Of a stretch of 64,000 nucleotides of DNA, positions 19,789-29,278 are shown in pieces. This DNA comes from Candidatus Latescibacterota bacterium (GTDB taxonomy: Bacteria; Latescibacterota; UBA2968; UBA8231). The notes below the pieces were generated by a model that saw only the letters and a program-made list of their open reading frames with translations, made no database searches and was not told the origin of the DNA. Positions within the stretch are counted from its first letter, which is position 1. Every line of letters begins with the position of its first letter. Both the position numbers and the translations under genes were made by a program. Location: assembly GCA_965197905.1 (NCBI GenBank), contig CBDAOB010000004.1, positions 576,001 through 640,000 of the forward strand. Direction: 5' to 3'.

Positions 19789-20334
19789 TCATAGCGCTTC
19801 CACGTCGTCCATATCGAGCTCGGCAGACACCGCGGTATTGAGAATCGTCACATTGAGCACGATGCGAAACGATTCCTTGCGTTTGGAGACCTTGCCGGTG
19901 ACGCCGCTCAGCGGCCCCCTGACAACTCGCACATGCCTGCCCCTCTTGAGCAAGGGGTATAGGACCAGATCGGTACCGCTGGAGGTTGCCCGATGTATGT
20001 TCGCCAACTCAGCTAGCAGTCGCCCCTGATCGATGACCTCAATGGTTCGCACCAGGTACCCGCTGCGCAACACGGCGAGCCGTTCCTCCCGGCTGCAGCA
20101 ACCGAACAAATATCCCGGAAGCAACGGGACATCGAAGCTGTATTTCCGCTTGCCGGATTGTCCGCTGCTCTTGCGGAGCGGTAGGTAATGTCTGACGTCC
20201 GCATCGAAGCAAGTGCTGGCCACTTTTTTTTCGCACCTTGGACGGGAGTGGAAGACATACCACTCTCGCTCGCCGTCAGCTGGGGTGAAAAGCCGGGCAA
20301 CAGCATCCTCTGGGGAAAGAGCGGCGTCCGTCAG
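19789..20334 (-). CDS. NusG-paralog transcription antiterminator (RfaH/UpxY type)
   Basis: WYVFHSRPRCEKKV (in frame, upstream of the called GTG), HYLPL, VPLLPGYLF and KOW motif VRVVRGPLSGVTG. Start inferred at CTG 20334. Confidence 0.8.
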   Translation of the reverse strand: MTDAALSPEDAVARLFTPADGEREWYVFHSRPRCEKKVASTCFDADVRHYLPLRKSSGQSGKRKYSFDVPLLPGYLFGCCSREERLAVLRSGYLVRTIEVIDQGRLLAELANIHRATSSGTDLVLYPLLKRGRHVRVVRGPLSGVTGKVSKRKESFRIVLNVTILNTAVSAELDMDDVEAL

Positions 20335-20819
20335 GGATCCAGCTCCTTGGCTTTGGCGATCAACCCGGTGGTAGATCTGTCATGCCAGAACGACAGGGAC
20401 CGCACCACACCACCGTTCTGCTCAACAACCTCGCGCCCGACGATTTGATCAAGCGGATAGTCTCCGCCTTTTACCAGGATATCAGGGAGAATCACGGCTA
20501 TCGTAGACTCGACGCTGATCTCGTCGAAGATGCAGATGTAGTCCACCGAGCTCAGCTCCGCGAGAAGATGGGCTCGATCCTGCTGGGGAACCAGAGGTCG
20601 GCCAGCGCCCTTCAACGCCCTAACGCTGTCATCGCTGTTGAGACCGACAACCAGCAAATCCCCCAAGCCGCTCGCTTCGCGGAGAAATTCGACATGGCCT
20701 CGATGCAACAGATCGAAGCAACCGTTGGTGAAGACCACGACCTTGCCCTGCTGACGCCAGCTCTTCCGGAGTTGCTCGAGCGCTCGAAGTGAAACAATCT
20801 TGTCGCTCGATGTTATCAT
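20331..20819 (-). CDS. rfaE2: D-glycero-beta-D-manno-heptose 1-phosphate adenylyltransferase
   Basis: VVFTNGCFDLLHRGH, VGLNSDDSVRALKG and PDILVKGGDY motifs. Confidence 0.9.
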   Translation of the reverse strand: MITSSDKIVSLRALEQLRKSWRQQGKVVVFTNGCFDLLHRGHVEFLREASGLGDLLVVGLNSDDSVRALKGAGRPLVPQQDRAHLLAELSSVDYICIFDEISVESTIAVILPDILVKGGDYPLDQIVGREVVEQNGGVVRSLSFWHDRSTTGLIAKAKELDP

Positions 20820-20820
20820 G

Positions 20821-22554
20821 TCAGGGTTCCGAAGCCGCGCGCGTAAGGCGGGCTTTGCGGACGTACTCAAGGAGGAAAACCAGAAACGTGGATACGATCA
20901 ATGCGACTGCTCCGCTGATCGCGGCTTTCTGTTTTGGGGACTCCTGCGGAACGACGCGTGCCTCGATGGCCCGGCTGAGGATCTGGATGTCGCCGGCCGC
21001 CTTTTCGCGAGCGATTCTGGTTTCTTCAAGGAGCTTGGAGAATCGATCGAATGTGCCCTGGTAGGTTTGCTGGCTTCTGTTGAGCCGGTCGCGCCGACTG
21101 AGCAAAGAAGAAAGTTGCCCCTCGACCTCCTTCAGGCTGCTTCGTACCTGCGTGAGCGCCCGATTTTTTCCGGAGATTCTGGCTTGCAAATTCTGCAGCA
21201 GGGGACGCAGGGAGGCAACTTTGCGTCTGCTGTTTGATTGACCGCTTGCACTAACCTCGTATGCATTGCGCAAGCTTCTTATTTGGCGGACTAGGTCCTT
21301 GCGTTCCCGGTTGAATTGCTCGACGAACCCTTCTCTTACCCGACGCAGCGGATAGTAGAGTTTCCGTAGACGAATCAAATTTGACTCTGCCTGGCGCAAA
21401 TCGTTTGCCACCGACGACTTATGCCGACTGGCGGTTGTTTGTTGGTCGGCTTTCAGGCTGTCAAGTTTTTGAGCAATCTCGACGTAGGCGGGGTTTGGCG
21501 TAGAGTTGTCGTTGCCCAATCGCAAGGTGGGCGATCGCGTTTGTAGGGTCCGCTCCACCTCTTGGATCTCTCTTTGAAGGTACAGGTTTCCGCTTTCCGA
21601 CTGCAATAGGTCGGATCGATACAACCGTACGAGACTGTCCAAATCTGAAATTTGTTGCTCCAATTTTTCGTATCCATGCGTCTGATTGAATTCCACTAAT
21701 TTCAAGCCATGTCTCTCATCGAGCTCCTGCAAAGACTGCTCATGCGAATCCAGTTTCAACATGTTGGCGATTACGGAACGCGCCGCAGCTGAGGAAGGCC
21801 AGTCTGAGGAATCTGTCAACACAGAAATGTTGGAGAAAGATAGTGATTTTCCGTTGAACTCAATGGAGGCGAGCCGCTCTTCGGCATTGTGGAGTTCCGC
21901 GCGGTGTGCTTGTTCCTCGACCTGAAAAATGATTAAGGAATCTTGGAGAGCGTTGCGCGCACGCCCTAACATTGAGCGTTGCTCTTCAAGCTCAACTACC
22001 TGGTTGGTAGCTTCGAAGAACTGAAGCGAGTCCTCCGCCGATTCTAGTAACCTGCGACTCCTGTCATATTGGCTGGACACGTAATCGAAAAAGCTCTCAA
22101 CCTCGTCCGAGCTGAGACCCTGGTTCCGGACGAGGAAAATCTCCGCCCACGCGTTGACCAATTCGATCGCCAACGCGGCATCGGTGGATTTTACCTTCAA
22201 CCTGATCCCTGTCTGGTCAACGTTCTCAACTTGAAGGACCCCGTCTAGAGACGAAATTCGACCTCCAAGACCGAGCGAATCTATGAGCGCTTGTTTCAGG
22301 TCGTCCGCCAGCGCGAGCGAATGGTAAAATTGGCTGGAAAGGGATGGCACAGCGACTTCGGTTCCAACTGCCGTACTTGCCATCGGTTTCACCATCAACA
22401 TCACCGCAGCCTCATACCGCGTGGGCGGTGGATCGGCTCGAAAGAACCATCCGCCTGCGAGACCGGCCAGTGTCGCGGCCGCGATCAGCCATTTTCGCTT
22501 CAGCACAACCTCGATATAGTCGATCAGTTCGATCTCTCGCTCGATATCTTTCAT
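20821..22554 (-). CDS. Wzz/GumC-like polysaccharide chain-length determinant
   Basis: EIELIDYIEVVLKRKWLI, two terminal TM helices flanking a long coiled coil. Confidence 0.78.
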   Translation of the reverse strand: MKDIEREIELIDYIEVVLKRKWLIAAATLAGLAGGWFFRADPPPTRYEAAVMLMVKPMASTAVGTEVAVPSLSSQFYHSLALADDLKQALIDSLGLGGRISSLDGVLQVENVDQTGIRLKVKSTDAALAIELVNAWAEIFLVRNQGLSSDEVESFFDYVSSQYDRSRRLLESAEDSLQFFEATNQVVELEEQRSMLGRARNALQDSLIIFQVEEQAHRAELHNAEERLASIEFNGKSLSFSNISVLTDSSDWPSSAAARSVIANMLKLDSHEQSLQELDERHGLKLVEFNQTHGYEKLEQQISDLDSLVRLYRSDLLQSESGNLYLQREIQEVERTLQTRSPTLRLGNDNSTPNPAYVEIAQKLDSLKADQQTTASRHKSSVANDLRQAESNLIRLRKLYYPLRRVREGFVEQFNRERKDLVRQIRSLRNAYEVSASGQSNSRRKVASLRPLLQNLQARISGKNRALTQVRSSLKEVEGQLSSLLSRRDRLNRSQQTYQGTFDRFSKLLEETRIAREKAAGDIQILSRAIEARVVPQESPKQKAAISGAVALIVSTFLVFLLEYVRKARLTRAASEP

Positions 22555-22651
22555 CCTGAATCCCGATCAACCTCGTAAGCTACTGGAGATTTCATACAGT
22601 TGTGGCCTTCCATAACCCACTGGGTTCAATCGGAAGGCCACAAAGAAGAAT

Positions 22652-22729
22652 TGGGGTGAGTGACGGGAATTGAACCCGCGGCCTCCTGGGCCACAACCAG
22701 GTGCTCTAACCAACTGAGCTACACCCACC
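22652..22729 (-). tRNA. tRNA-His (GUG) with G-1 and encoded CCA
   Basis: GGTGGGTGTAGCTCAGTTGGTTAGAGCACCTGGTTGTGGCCCAGG...GGTTCAATTCCC...CACCCCA. Confidence 0.96.
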
Positions 22730-22788
22730 ACACTATGGTTTGCCGGCAAGTAAGCGTTTTGAATATCCGCTGAAGACGTGTGGCATCA

Positions 22789-22865
22789 TGGCGTGCCCAG
22801 CAGGATTCGAACCTGCGACCGGCTGCTTAGAAGGCAGCTGCTCTATCCAGCTGAGCTATGGGCAC
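22789..22865 (-). tRNA. tRNA-Arg (UCU) with encoded CCA
   Basis: GTGCCCATAGCTCAGCTGGATAGAGCAGCTGCCTTCTAAGCAG...GGTTCGAATCC...GCACGCCA. Confidence 0.96.
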
Positions 22866-23005
22866 TTCTGCGATTCGACTAACCAAATAATTAACGATGA
22901 GGGGTATATTTGGGCAAGCCACCTGCCTAGGCGGCAAACGGGAATCGATGCCCAGCGGAGTGGTCTATGATGGTCGTGGTCTGTCGCTCTGACCCGGGGC
23001 GGATC

Positions 23006-23518
23006 CTAGTCGGATCGGGTTATGTGAACCACCACCAACAGGGTGCGCAACAGTTCGATGTCGGATGGTTGTCGAATCCGTATACGGAATTCCCCACTAA
23101 CTTCATCCATGCCCCCTGGTCCGAGGCGGATCGGTTGACCAAATGGATTAAAGACATCGATGGTAAAGTCGTCCCTATCCAGGAACCTGAGCTCGTATCG
23201 AATCTCCAAGCTGGCATTCGTGACGTTTGTGAAGCGAATGGTGAAGGATCCAGCCACCTCCTGACCGCCGCCGAATTCTACCGGAAAAAAGCTGGGAAAC
23301 CAGGAAACGCTGTCGACCTGGACGGCTGTGTTTAGTCCGTCTTCGGATACAAACTCCACTCTTGATCGAAGCGATCCTGAAGTAGGTCCGTTGCTTCTTT
23401 CCGGCAAACCGCAGGCGACGAAGCTGACGCAGAAAACCCCGACACCGAGCAGGGTTAACATCGCGCAGATGGAAATCTTCATCGCTTCGGTAATTCGCAA
23501 CGGTCGGTGCGTCTTCAT
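23006..23518 (-). CDS. Hypothetical exported protein or lipoprotein
   Basis: Hydrophobic stretch ending FVAC (lipobox-like); start overlaps the stop of the upstream gene. Confidence 0.55.
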   Translation of the reverse strand: MKTHRPLRITEAMKISICAMLTLLGVGVFCVSFVACGLPERSNGPTSGSLRSRVEFVSEDGLNTAVQVDSVSWFPSFFPVEFGGGQEVAGSFTIRFTNVTNASLEIRYELRFLDRDDFTIDVFNPFGQPIRLGPGGMDEVSGEFRIRIRQPSDIELLRTLLVVVHITRSD

Positions 23519-24516
23519 ATCGGTCCGGCATCCGTTTTCTCAGTTTCAAAAGATCGGGTTTTCTGCAGCATACAGATGAAGAAGCCTTGCATGATCGCAT
23601 CGGGCAGGATGCGCACGGATCGGCCTAGTTCAGGGCGAAATACCAGGCCTTCCCACTGGGTAAATCCCGGCTGCCAGTTGGAGATCGGCAAAGCTAACGG
23701 CCGTGTGTCCAACGCACCGTCGAATCGATCAAGCACCCTGCTTACCACGGCTTCGTTTTCCTCGGGCGAAAACGAGCATGTGGCATACAGCAGCAACCCG
23801 CCCGGCTTGAGGCATTGCGCTGCAGACTGCAGCAGACGTATCTGTTTGCGGCTCATCTCGGCGATCTTGCGTTTGCTCCAATAGCGGTAACTTGCCGGAT
23901 CCGATGCACGGATACGGGATTCTCCCGTACATGGAGCATCCACAAGAACCCGATCGAACTGCTCCAGGCACTGCCGCCACAATCTCGTTCCATCTTTGTG
24001 GTAGACGCGCGCATTGGAGACACCGCAGAGTTCAATATTCCGTCTAAGGCGAAAAAAACGCGAGCGCACCGAATCTACGGCCGAAATCTTGCCATTATTC
24101 TCCATCAGGCCGGACAAATGTACAGTCTTACCTCCGGGAGCGGCGCAGAGATCTAATACCCAATCGGTCTGCTGCGGATTCAACAGGTCAGATGGAATCA
24201 TGCTGGAAACGTTTTGAACGTAGAGGCGACCCTCCGCCTGCGCCGATGACTCGGTCAGCAGGCGACGCTCCTCGGAAGGAACCAGGAAAGCGTCGTTGCG
24301 CCATTCCAGTGGGATCGGGTGCAATCCATCATTCCTGAGTTGTCGCCAGAGCTCAGCCGGTGTTGTCTTCAAGGTGTTCGTCCGAAACGCCGTTGGAGCC
24401 TCGTCCTGCATGTTGCCGAGATGGCGTTCGAGGCACTCCGATGGCAGAATCGATTGCAGCCTTTCGACGAATCCTGCGGGCAGGACTTCATCCGATGCGT
24501 GAGACCCGTCAGTCAT
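23515..24516 (-). CDS. RsmB/RsmF (NOP2-family) RNA m5C methyltransferase
   Basis: VLDLCAAPGGKT, VLVDAPCTGE and YATCSFSPEENE motifs. Confidence 0.9.
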   Translation of the reverse strand: MTDGSHASDEVLPAGFVERLQSILPSECLERHLGNMQDEAPTAFRTNTLKTTPAELWRQLRNDGLHPIPLEWRNDAFLVPSEERRLLTESSAQAEGRLYVQNVSSMIPSDLLNPQQTDWVLDLCAAPGGKTVHLSGLMENNGKISAVDSVRSRFFRLRRNIELCGVSNARVYHKDGTRLWRQCLEQFDRVLVDAPCTGESRIRASDPASYRYWSKRKIAEMSRKQIRLLQSAAQCLKPGGLLLYATCSFSPEENEAVVSRVLDRFDGALDTRPLALPISNWQPGFTQWEGLVFRPELGRSVRILPDAIMQGFFICMLQKTRSFETEKTDAGPI

Positions 24517-24526
24517 GCAACCTCGA

Positions 24527-25003
24527 CTACGCTTCCGGCACGTGTTTGTCAGCCAACCTTAGCTTGCGACAGATCGTCAACAGCACAGCTTGTTCCGACG
24601 GAGACAACCTATCCGCCTCCGCTACCATGGCCTGAAGGTGAGTAGGCAAAACCGCTTCGATCAAACGGCGACCCTCGTCTGTCAATTGCACGGTGACGAC
24701 TCGTTTGTCCGTCGTCAGCCGTTGGCGCACCACCAGCCCCCGCTTTTCAAGATTGCCCACAACCATGGTGACGTTGCCACCCGTCCTGGACAACTCAGTG
24801 CCAAGAGCGCGTTGGGACAACGGTCCTTCACGCAGCAAGGCCGTCAGCGTGTCCAGCTGGGTAGCCGTAAGCCGATCCCCGATCCGCCGGCGAGCCAGTC
24901 TGCGCCCCACGGCCTGAGCAGCTTGGTGTAATTCAAGGATTACCTCGGCGGCACTGACCCTTGGCGATGCAGGTTCGTCTTCAGATTCCGCTGGTCTGTT
25001 CAT
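24527..25003 (-). CDS. MarR-family transcriptional regulator
   Basis: GPLSQRALG..GNVTMVVGNLEKRGLV.R..DKRVVTVQLTDEG winged HTH. Confidence 0.88.
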   Translation of the reverse strand: MNRPAESEDEPASPRVSAAEVILELHQAAQAVGRRLARRRIGDRLTATQLDTLTALLREGPLSQRALGTELSRTGGNVTMVVGNLEKRGLVVRQRLTTDKRVVTVQLTDEGRRLIEAVLPTHLQAMVAEADRLSPSEQAVLLTICRKLRLADKHVPEA

Positions 25004-25004
25004 A

Positions 25005-25037
25005 TACTTCAATATTAAACCTTTTAACATTGAAGTA
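25005..25037. promoter_or_regulatory. Probable MarR operator
   Basis: 15-bp inverted repeat TACTTCAATATTAAA-3 nt-TTTAACATTGAAGTA (1 mismatch) abutting the marR ATG. Confidence 0.65.
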
Positions 25038-25201
25038 AAGTCTGCGCTGTGTCCGACCAGTAGCTCAGGCCGGAAAATATCGCCAAATTATTGCATGCCG
25101 CCCCATGTGATCGAAATCACTAGTGAGGGCGCTGGAGATCGTATCTTTTGGTTTGTATTATCGGAGGAGTGCACGCGTCTACGCGACATCGCGATAACGA
25201 C

Positions 25202-26977
25202 ATGGTAAAAGAAACCGAGAACCTGGCTGCGACGATAGCCGACATGCGGCAGGAACTGGCGACCCTGAATTCCAGGAAACTCGCCGAAGAGCGAGCTCTG
25301 GATGAAGTCGAGAAGTCCCTGCTCGCCATTGTCAATGTCGTTCCGGATCTGATATATCGGATTTCCCAGGATGGCACCATCGTATTTATCAACGAAGCGA
25401 TCCGCTCCTATGGCTACGATCCCGAGATCCTCATTGGGACCAGCATCTTCGAGCTGATTCACCCCGACGACGTGGGGAAGGCGCGACACCGAATCAATGA
25501 GCGCCGCACGGGGGGTCGGGGCACCAAGGCCCTTGAGCTACGAATCGTCACCGGCGACAGGAGTTCTGTTCCGTTCGAGTTCAAATCCAGTTCCGCCATC
25601 GAACCCACTCTTATGGTAAACGCGGAGGGTATATACGGATCCTCCGTACCACAGACGGAAAACTTCCTTTTTACTCAAGGCATAGGTCGGGACGTTACTG
25701 AACGCAAGCAGGCAGAGCTCGAGCTTCGAAGGGCTCACGATGAACTTGAAAAGAGGGTTCAGGAACGCACTGAGGAGCTTCGCCAGACGAATCAGCAGCT
25801 ACAGGACGAGATTCTCGAGCGCGAGCGCATGGAAGAGCAGCTTCTCCACGCTCAAAAAATGGAAGCGGTCGGCCAGCTGACCGCCGGCATTGCTCACAAC
25901 TTCAACAACATGCTTCAGGGGGTCGTGGGAAATTTGGAGTTGGCCACGGAGATCGCACAGGGGGATATGCAGATCTACATCCGCGATGCCAACCGGTCTG
26001 CGGGTCGGGCTGTGAAAATGATACAGCAGCTCATGTTGTTCTCAAGAAAGGATCCCACATATTTCTACGCGCCCGTATCGCTCAGAGCTCTGGTGAACAA
26101 CACGGTCGAAATATGCCAGCGTTCGATTGATCGCAAGATCGTCCTTGAGATTAGCGTCCAGGAAGATCTGTCGGTGCTGGGCGACTTGAACCAACTGGAG
26201 CAGGTGTTGCTCAACCTGTGTATCAACGCCCGCGATTCGTTGGAGGAAGCCGAGCAGTCGGCGCCACGTATTTGCGTTGAAGCGTCCGTGCCCACGAGTG
26301 ACCGTCGAGTCGCGGACCGGGGCGGTAGATCAGCGGAGAATTATGTTTGTCTGCGCATCTCGGACAATGGGACGGGCATGGATGAACGGACCCGCGGCCG
26401 CGTCTTCGAACCCTTTTTCACCACCAAGGATGTGGACAAAGGCACCGGATTGGGGCTCGCGACGACCTTCGAGATCGTCAAGCGGCATGACGGTTGGGTC
26501 GAGTGCGTCAGCGAGCTCGGGGCAGGAACGAGCTTCTCGGTGTTTCTGCCCCGAGAAGAGAGCACTTATGAAGAACAATCCTATGAACCGTGCCAGACGT
26601 CTCCTGGGGGCGACGAAACCATTCTCGTCATTGACGACGAAGAGTCGGTGCGCTCAGTAACGAGACGCCTGCTCGCAAGGCAAGGATACACCGTTTTTGA
26701 AGCTGCGAATGGGGAGAGCGGGTTGGAGATTCTTCATGACAAGGAGGAGGAAATCGATCTGGTACTTCTCGATCTTTCCATGCCGGGGATGTCCGGCAGC
26801 GAGGTTCTGGAAAAGCTGGCAGCCGAGCAGTCTCGAACCAGAGTGGTGATATTGACTGGCTACCCAGTTCGAAGCCACGAGTTCACGAACGTGTCGGAAG
26901 TGATTACGAAACCGTTTACCCAGAACGCATTGCTGGCGGGAATCCGAAATGCCCTGAAAACGCCGATCGGGCATTGA
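25202..26977 (+). CDS. PAS-domain hybrid sensor histidine kinase/response regulator
   Basis: PAS domain, GIAHNFNNML H-box, LNLCINARD, DNGTG, PFFTTK..GTGLGL, C-terminal receiver (LLDLSMP). Confidence 0.92.
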   Translation: MVKETENLAATIADMRQELATLNSRKLAEERALDEVEKSLLAIVNVVPDLIYRISQDGTIVFINEAIRSYGYDPEILIGTSIFELIHPDDVGKARHRINERRTGGRGTKALELRIVTGDRSSVPFEFKSSSAIEPTLMVNAEGIYGSSVPQTENFLFTQGIGRDVTERKQAELELRRAHDELEKRVQERTEELRQTNQQLQDEILERERMEEQLLHAQKMEAVGQLTAGIAHNFNNMLQGVVGNLELATEIAQGDMQIYIRDANRSAGRAVKMIQQLMLFSRKDPTYFYAPVSLRALVNNTVEICQRSIDRKIVLEISVQEDLSVLGDLNQLEQVLLNLCINARDSLEEAEQSAPRICVEASVPTSDRRVADRGGRSAENYVCLRISDNGTGMDERTRGRVFEPFFTTKDVDKGTGLGLATTFEIVKRHDGWVECVSELGAGTSFSVFLPREESTYEEQSYEPCQTSPGGDETILVIDDEESVRSVTRRLLARQGYTVFEAANGESGLEILHDKEEEIDLVLLDLSMPGMSGSEVLEKLAAEQSRTRVVILTGYPVRSHEFTNVSEVITKPFTQNALLAGIRNALKTPIGH

Positions 26978-27004
26978 GTTCAGCACCAGCCAACGCCGCA
27001 CGAA

Positions 27005-28498
27005 TTATTGAACTGGAAGCCGCAACCCTCTCGGCACCAGAAATCTTTCGCCCAATTCGAAGAGCCCCTGAACTAGCAGCGCCAAAATGGCCGCGGGAAT
27101 AGCCCCCTGAAGTATCAACCCAACGTCATCCAGCCGGATTCCGGTAAGTATGGGTTGCCCCAACCCTCCGGCACCTATTAGCGCTCCCAGGGTTGCGAAA
27201 CCGACGTTGATCACCGCCGAAGTCTTGATACCGGCAAGAATAGCACGTGAGGCCAGCGGAAATTCCACCAGCCGCAGGCGTGTGCCCTCGGGCAGTCCCA
27301 GGGCTTCGGCCGATTCGCGAATATGTTGGGGTATGTCGGTCAATCCTGTCGCGGTGTTGCGGACAATCGGCAACAGGCTGTAGAGAAACAATGCCGCTAA
27401 AGCGGGCGGACCTCCGATCCCCAGAAGCGGAATCATGAGGACGAGGAGCGCCAGCGCCGGAATCGTCTGAATGATGCCGACGACTGCCAGGATCGCCTGT
27501 CCGATTCGCGGTTTTTTCGCGGCCAAGACCCCCAGCGGCACCGCAATCGCGATCGCCGCGATCAAAGAAAGCGCGACCAGAATGAGGTGCTCCCGGGTAC
27601 GGGTCAATAAACGCTGAGGCGCCGAAACCGCCACCGCCTGTACGGCCTCGGCGATATGCGTAGTGAGAAATTCGGCAGCCACCAGGTTCTCGGGGGTCTT
27701 GTCGAGCTTGGCTTTGGCATTCATTTCGACCATTCGCACATCGCTGATGGCGCCTTCGAGCCTGAGTATCGACTCCACGACCCGTGGCGCGCGAGCCAGA
27801 AGATCCTTGCGGTAAAGCAGGACGCCATGATACTCTGGAAAATGGCTGAGATCGTCCCGGAGGACACGTAGATTGTAGTACCTAATCTCAGCATCGGTGG
27901 AATAGAGGTCGGTGACATCGATGGTACCGGCGGCGAGACCGCGATATGCAAGGTCGTGGTTCAGGCCACGAACCTCGCGATGGGCGAATAGGTACCGGTC
28001 TTTCAGGCTTGGCCAGCCGTCACCGCGATCCATGAACTCATTGCTGAAGCCGAATCTCAGGTCGGTCAATCGACGCAGGTCCGAGATGGAATGGGCGCCC
28101 AACCCCGCGGCCACGTCTTCAAGCATCCCCAGCGCATAGGTGTTGTTGAACCCAAGTGGCCGACTCATGGCAATTCCGTGTTCGGCGAGCGCTGAGGCTG
28201 TATCACGGCTCTCGGTCCCTTTTAGTATCTCCTGCACGATTGTCCCCGTATACTCCGGGTAGATGTCGATGTCCCCCCTCAGGAGCGCGTTCCACAGTAC
28301 ACGCGTACCACCTAACTCCCTCTTATAGTCGGTTTCCGCACCGGCTATTTTCCCCAGGTGAACGACCATTTCACCTAGAATCACGGATTCCGTGAACGCT
28401 TTGGATCCGACAGTAATGTGAACTTCCCGGCTCGGTTCGGATGCATGAGCCAAGCCGAACAGAAGGAATATCAGCGGCCAAAGGCGGGCAGCAATCAT
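27005..28498 (-). CDS. Betaine/ergothioneine-type ABC transporter, fused substrate-binding and permease subunit
   Basis: VGSKAFTESVILGE, YPEYTGT, GFNNTYAL, QTIPALALL and ESAEALGL motifs. Confidence 0.88.
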   Translation of the reverse strand: MIAARLWPLIFLLFGLAHASEPSREVHITVGSKAFTESVILGEMVVHLGKIAGAETDYKRELGGTRVLWNALLRGDIDIYPEYTGTIVQEILKGTESRDTASALAEHGIAMSRPLGFNNTYALGMLEDVAAGLGAHSISDLRRLTDLRFGFSNEFMDRGDGWPSLKDRYLFAHREVRGLNHDLAYRGLAAGTIDVTDLYSTDAEIRYYNLRVLRDDLSHFPEYHGVLLYRKDLLARAPRVVESILRLEGAISDVRMVEMNAKAKLDKTPENLVAAEFLTTHIAEAVQAVAVSAPQRLLTRTREHLILVALSLIAAIAIAVPLGVLAAKKPRIGQAILAVVGIIQTIPALALLVLMIPLLGIGGPPALAALFLYSLLPIVRNTATGLTDIPQHIRESAEALGLPEGTRLRLVEFPLASRAILAGIKTSAVINVGFATLGALIGAGGLGQPILTGIRLDDVGLILQGAIPAAILALLVQGLFELGERFLVPRGLRLPVQ

Positions 28499-29256
28499 AG
28501 AAGGTCCCCAGAGAAACCGCGCTGGGCATTGATGAATTTCGTTACGAACGGGTCTTTTGGTGCATCGACCAGCTCGTCCATCGCCCCCTGTTGGACGATC
28601 TTTCCCTCCTTCAACAACACGATGACATCGCCGAAAAACCCAGCTTCGTGAATGTCGTGGGTTACCAACACCACTGTCTTTCTCAATTCGAGAAAAATCT
28701 TCCTCAGATCCTCCTGAAGGTCCGACCGAACCATTGGGTCCAGGGCGGCGAGGGGTTCGTCCATCAGCAGAATCTCGGGATCGAGGAAGAGGGCACGCAT
28801 CAGGCTCACGCGCTGGCATTGTCCCCCCGACAACTGCGAAGGGTAGCGATCCAATCCGTCCACGGGAAATCGCGTGAGTTCTGCAAGATCGATGATTCGG
28901 CTTTCAAGCTGCTTTTTGCTCCACCCGAGGTAACTGGCCACCAGGGTCGCGTTTTCTCGCGCCGATAGATGGGGAAACAGACCGCCGTCTTGAATGACGT
29001 ATCCCATTCTCCGGCGGAGTTCCATCGTGTCCTGGGCGGTAAAGCTCGCATCGTTGAAAAGCACCTTGCCGGAGTCGGATTGGATCAGATTGATCATCAG
29101 GCGAAGCAGCGTCGATTTGCCGCATCCGCTCGGACCGATTAGTACCGTTGTTTTCGCCACGGCGAGATTCAGATCCGTCGGATGGAGAGCTATGGATCCA
29201 TCGAATGCTTTGGAGACGTTTTCTAGTTTTAGCATGATGTTCAGGGTGCCGCTCAT
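28495..29256 (-). CDS. Osmoprotectant-type ABC transporter ATP-binding subunit
   Basis: GPSGCGKST, LSGGQCQRV and LLMDEP motifs. Confidence 0.9.
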   Translation of the reverse strand: MSGTLNIMLKLENVSKAFDGSIALHPTDLNLAVAKTTVLIGPSGCGKSTLLRLMINLIQSDSGKVLFNDASFTAQDTMELRRRMGYVIQDGGLFPHLSARENATLVASYLGWSKKQLESRIIDLAELTRFPVDGLDRYPSQLSGGQCQRVSLMRALFLDPEILLMDEPLAALDPMVRSDLQEDLRKIFLELRKTVVLVTHDIHEAGFFGDVIVLLKEGKIVQQGAMDELVDAPKDPFVTKFINAQRGFSGDLL

Positions 29257-29278
29257 TGCCGTTGGACTTCCAATCTAA

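Noticed and set aside
20215..20235. Frameshift in the A8 tract of the NusG paralog
   Set aside because: Counting shows GAA AAA AAA GTG is in frame; the short ORF call is due only to the missing canonical start.
22560..22729. tRNA-His as the integration site of an island
   Set aside because: No integrase and no duplicated tRNA 3' end noticed in the window.
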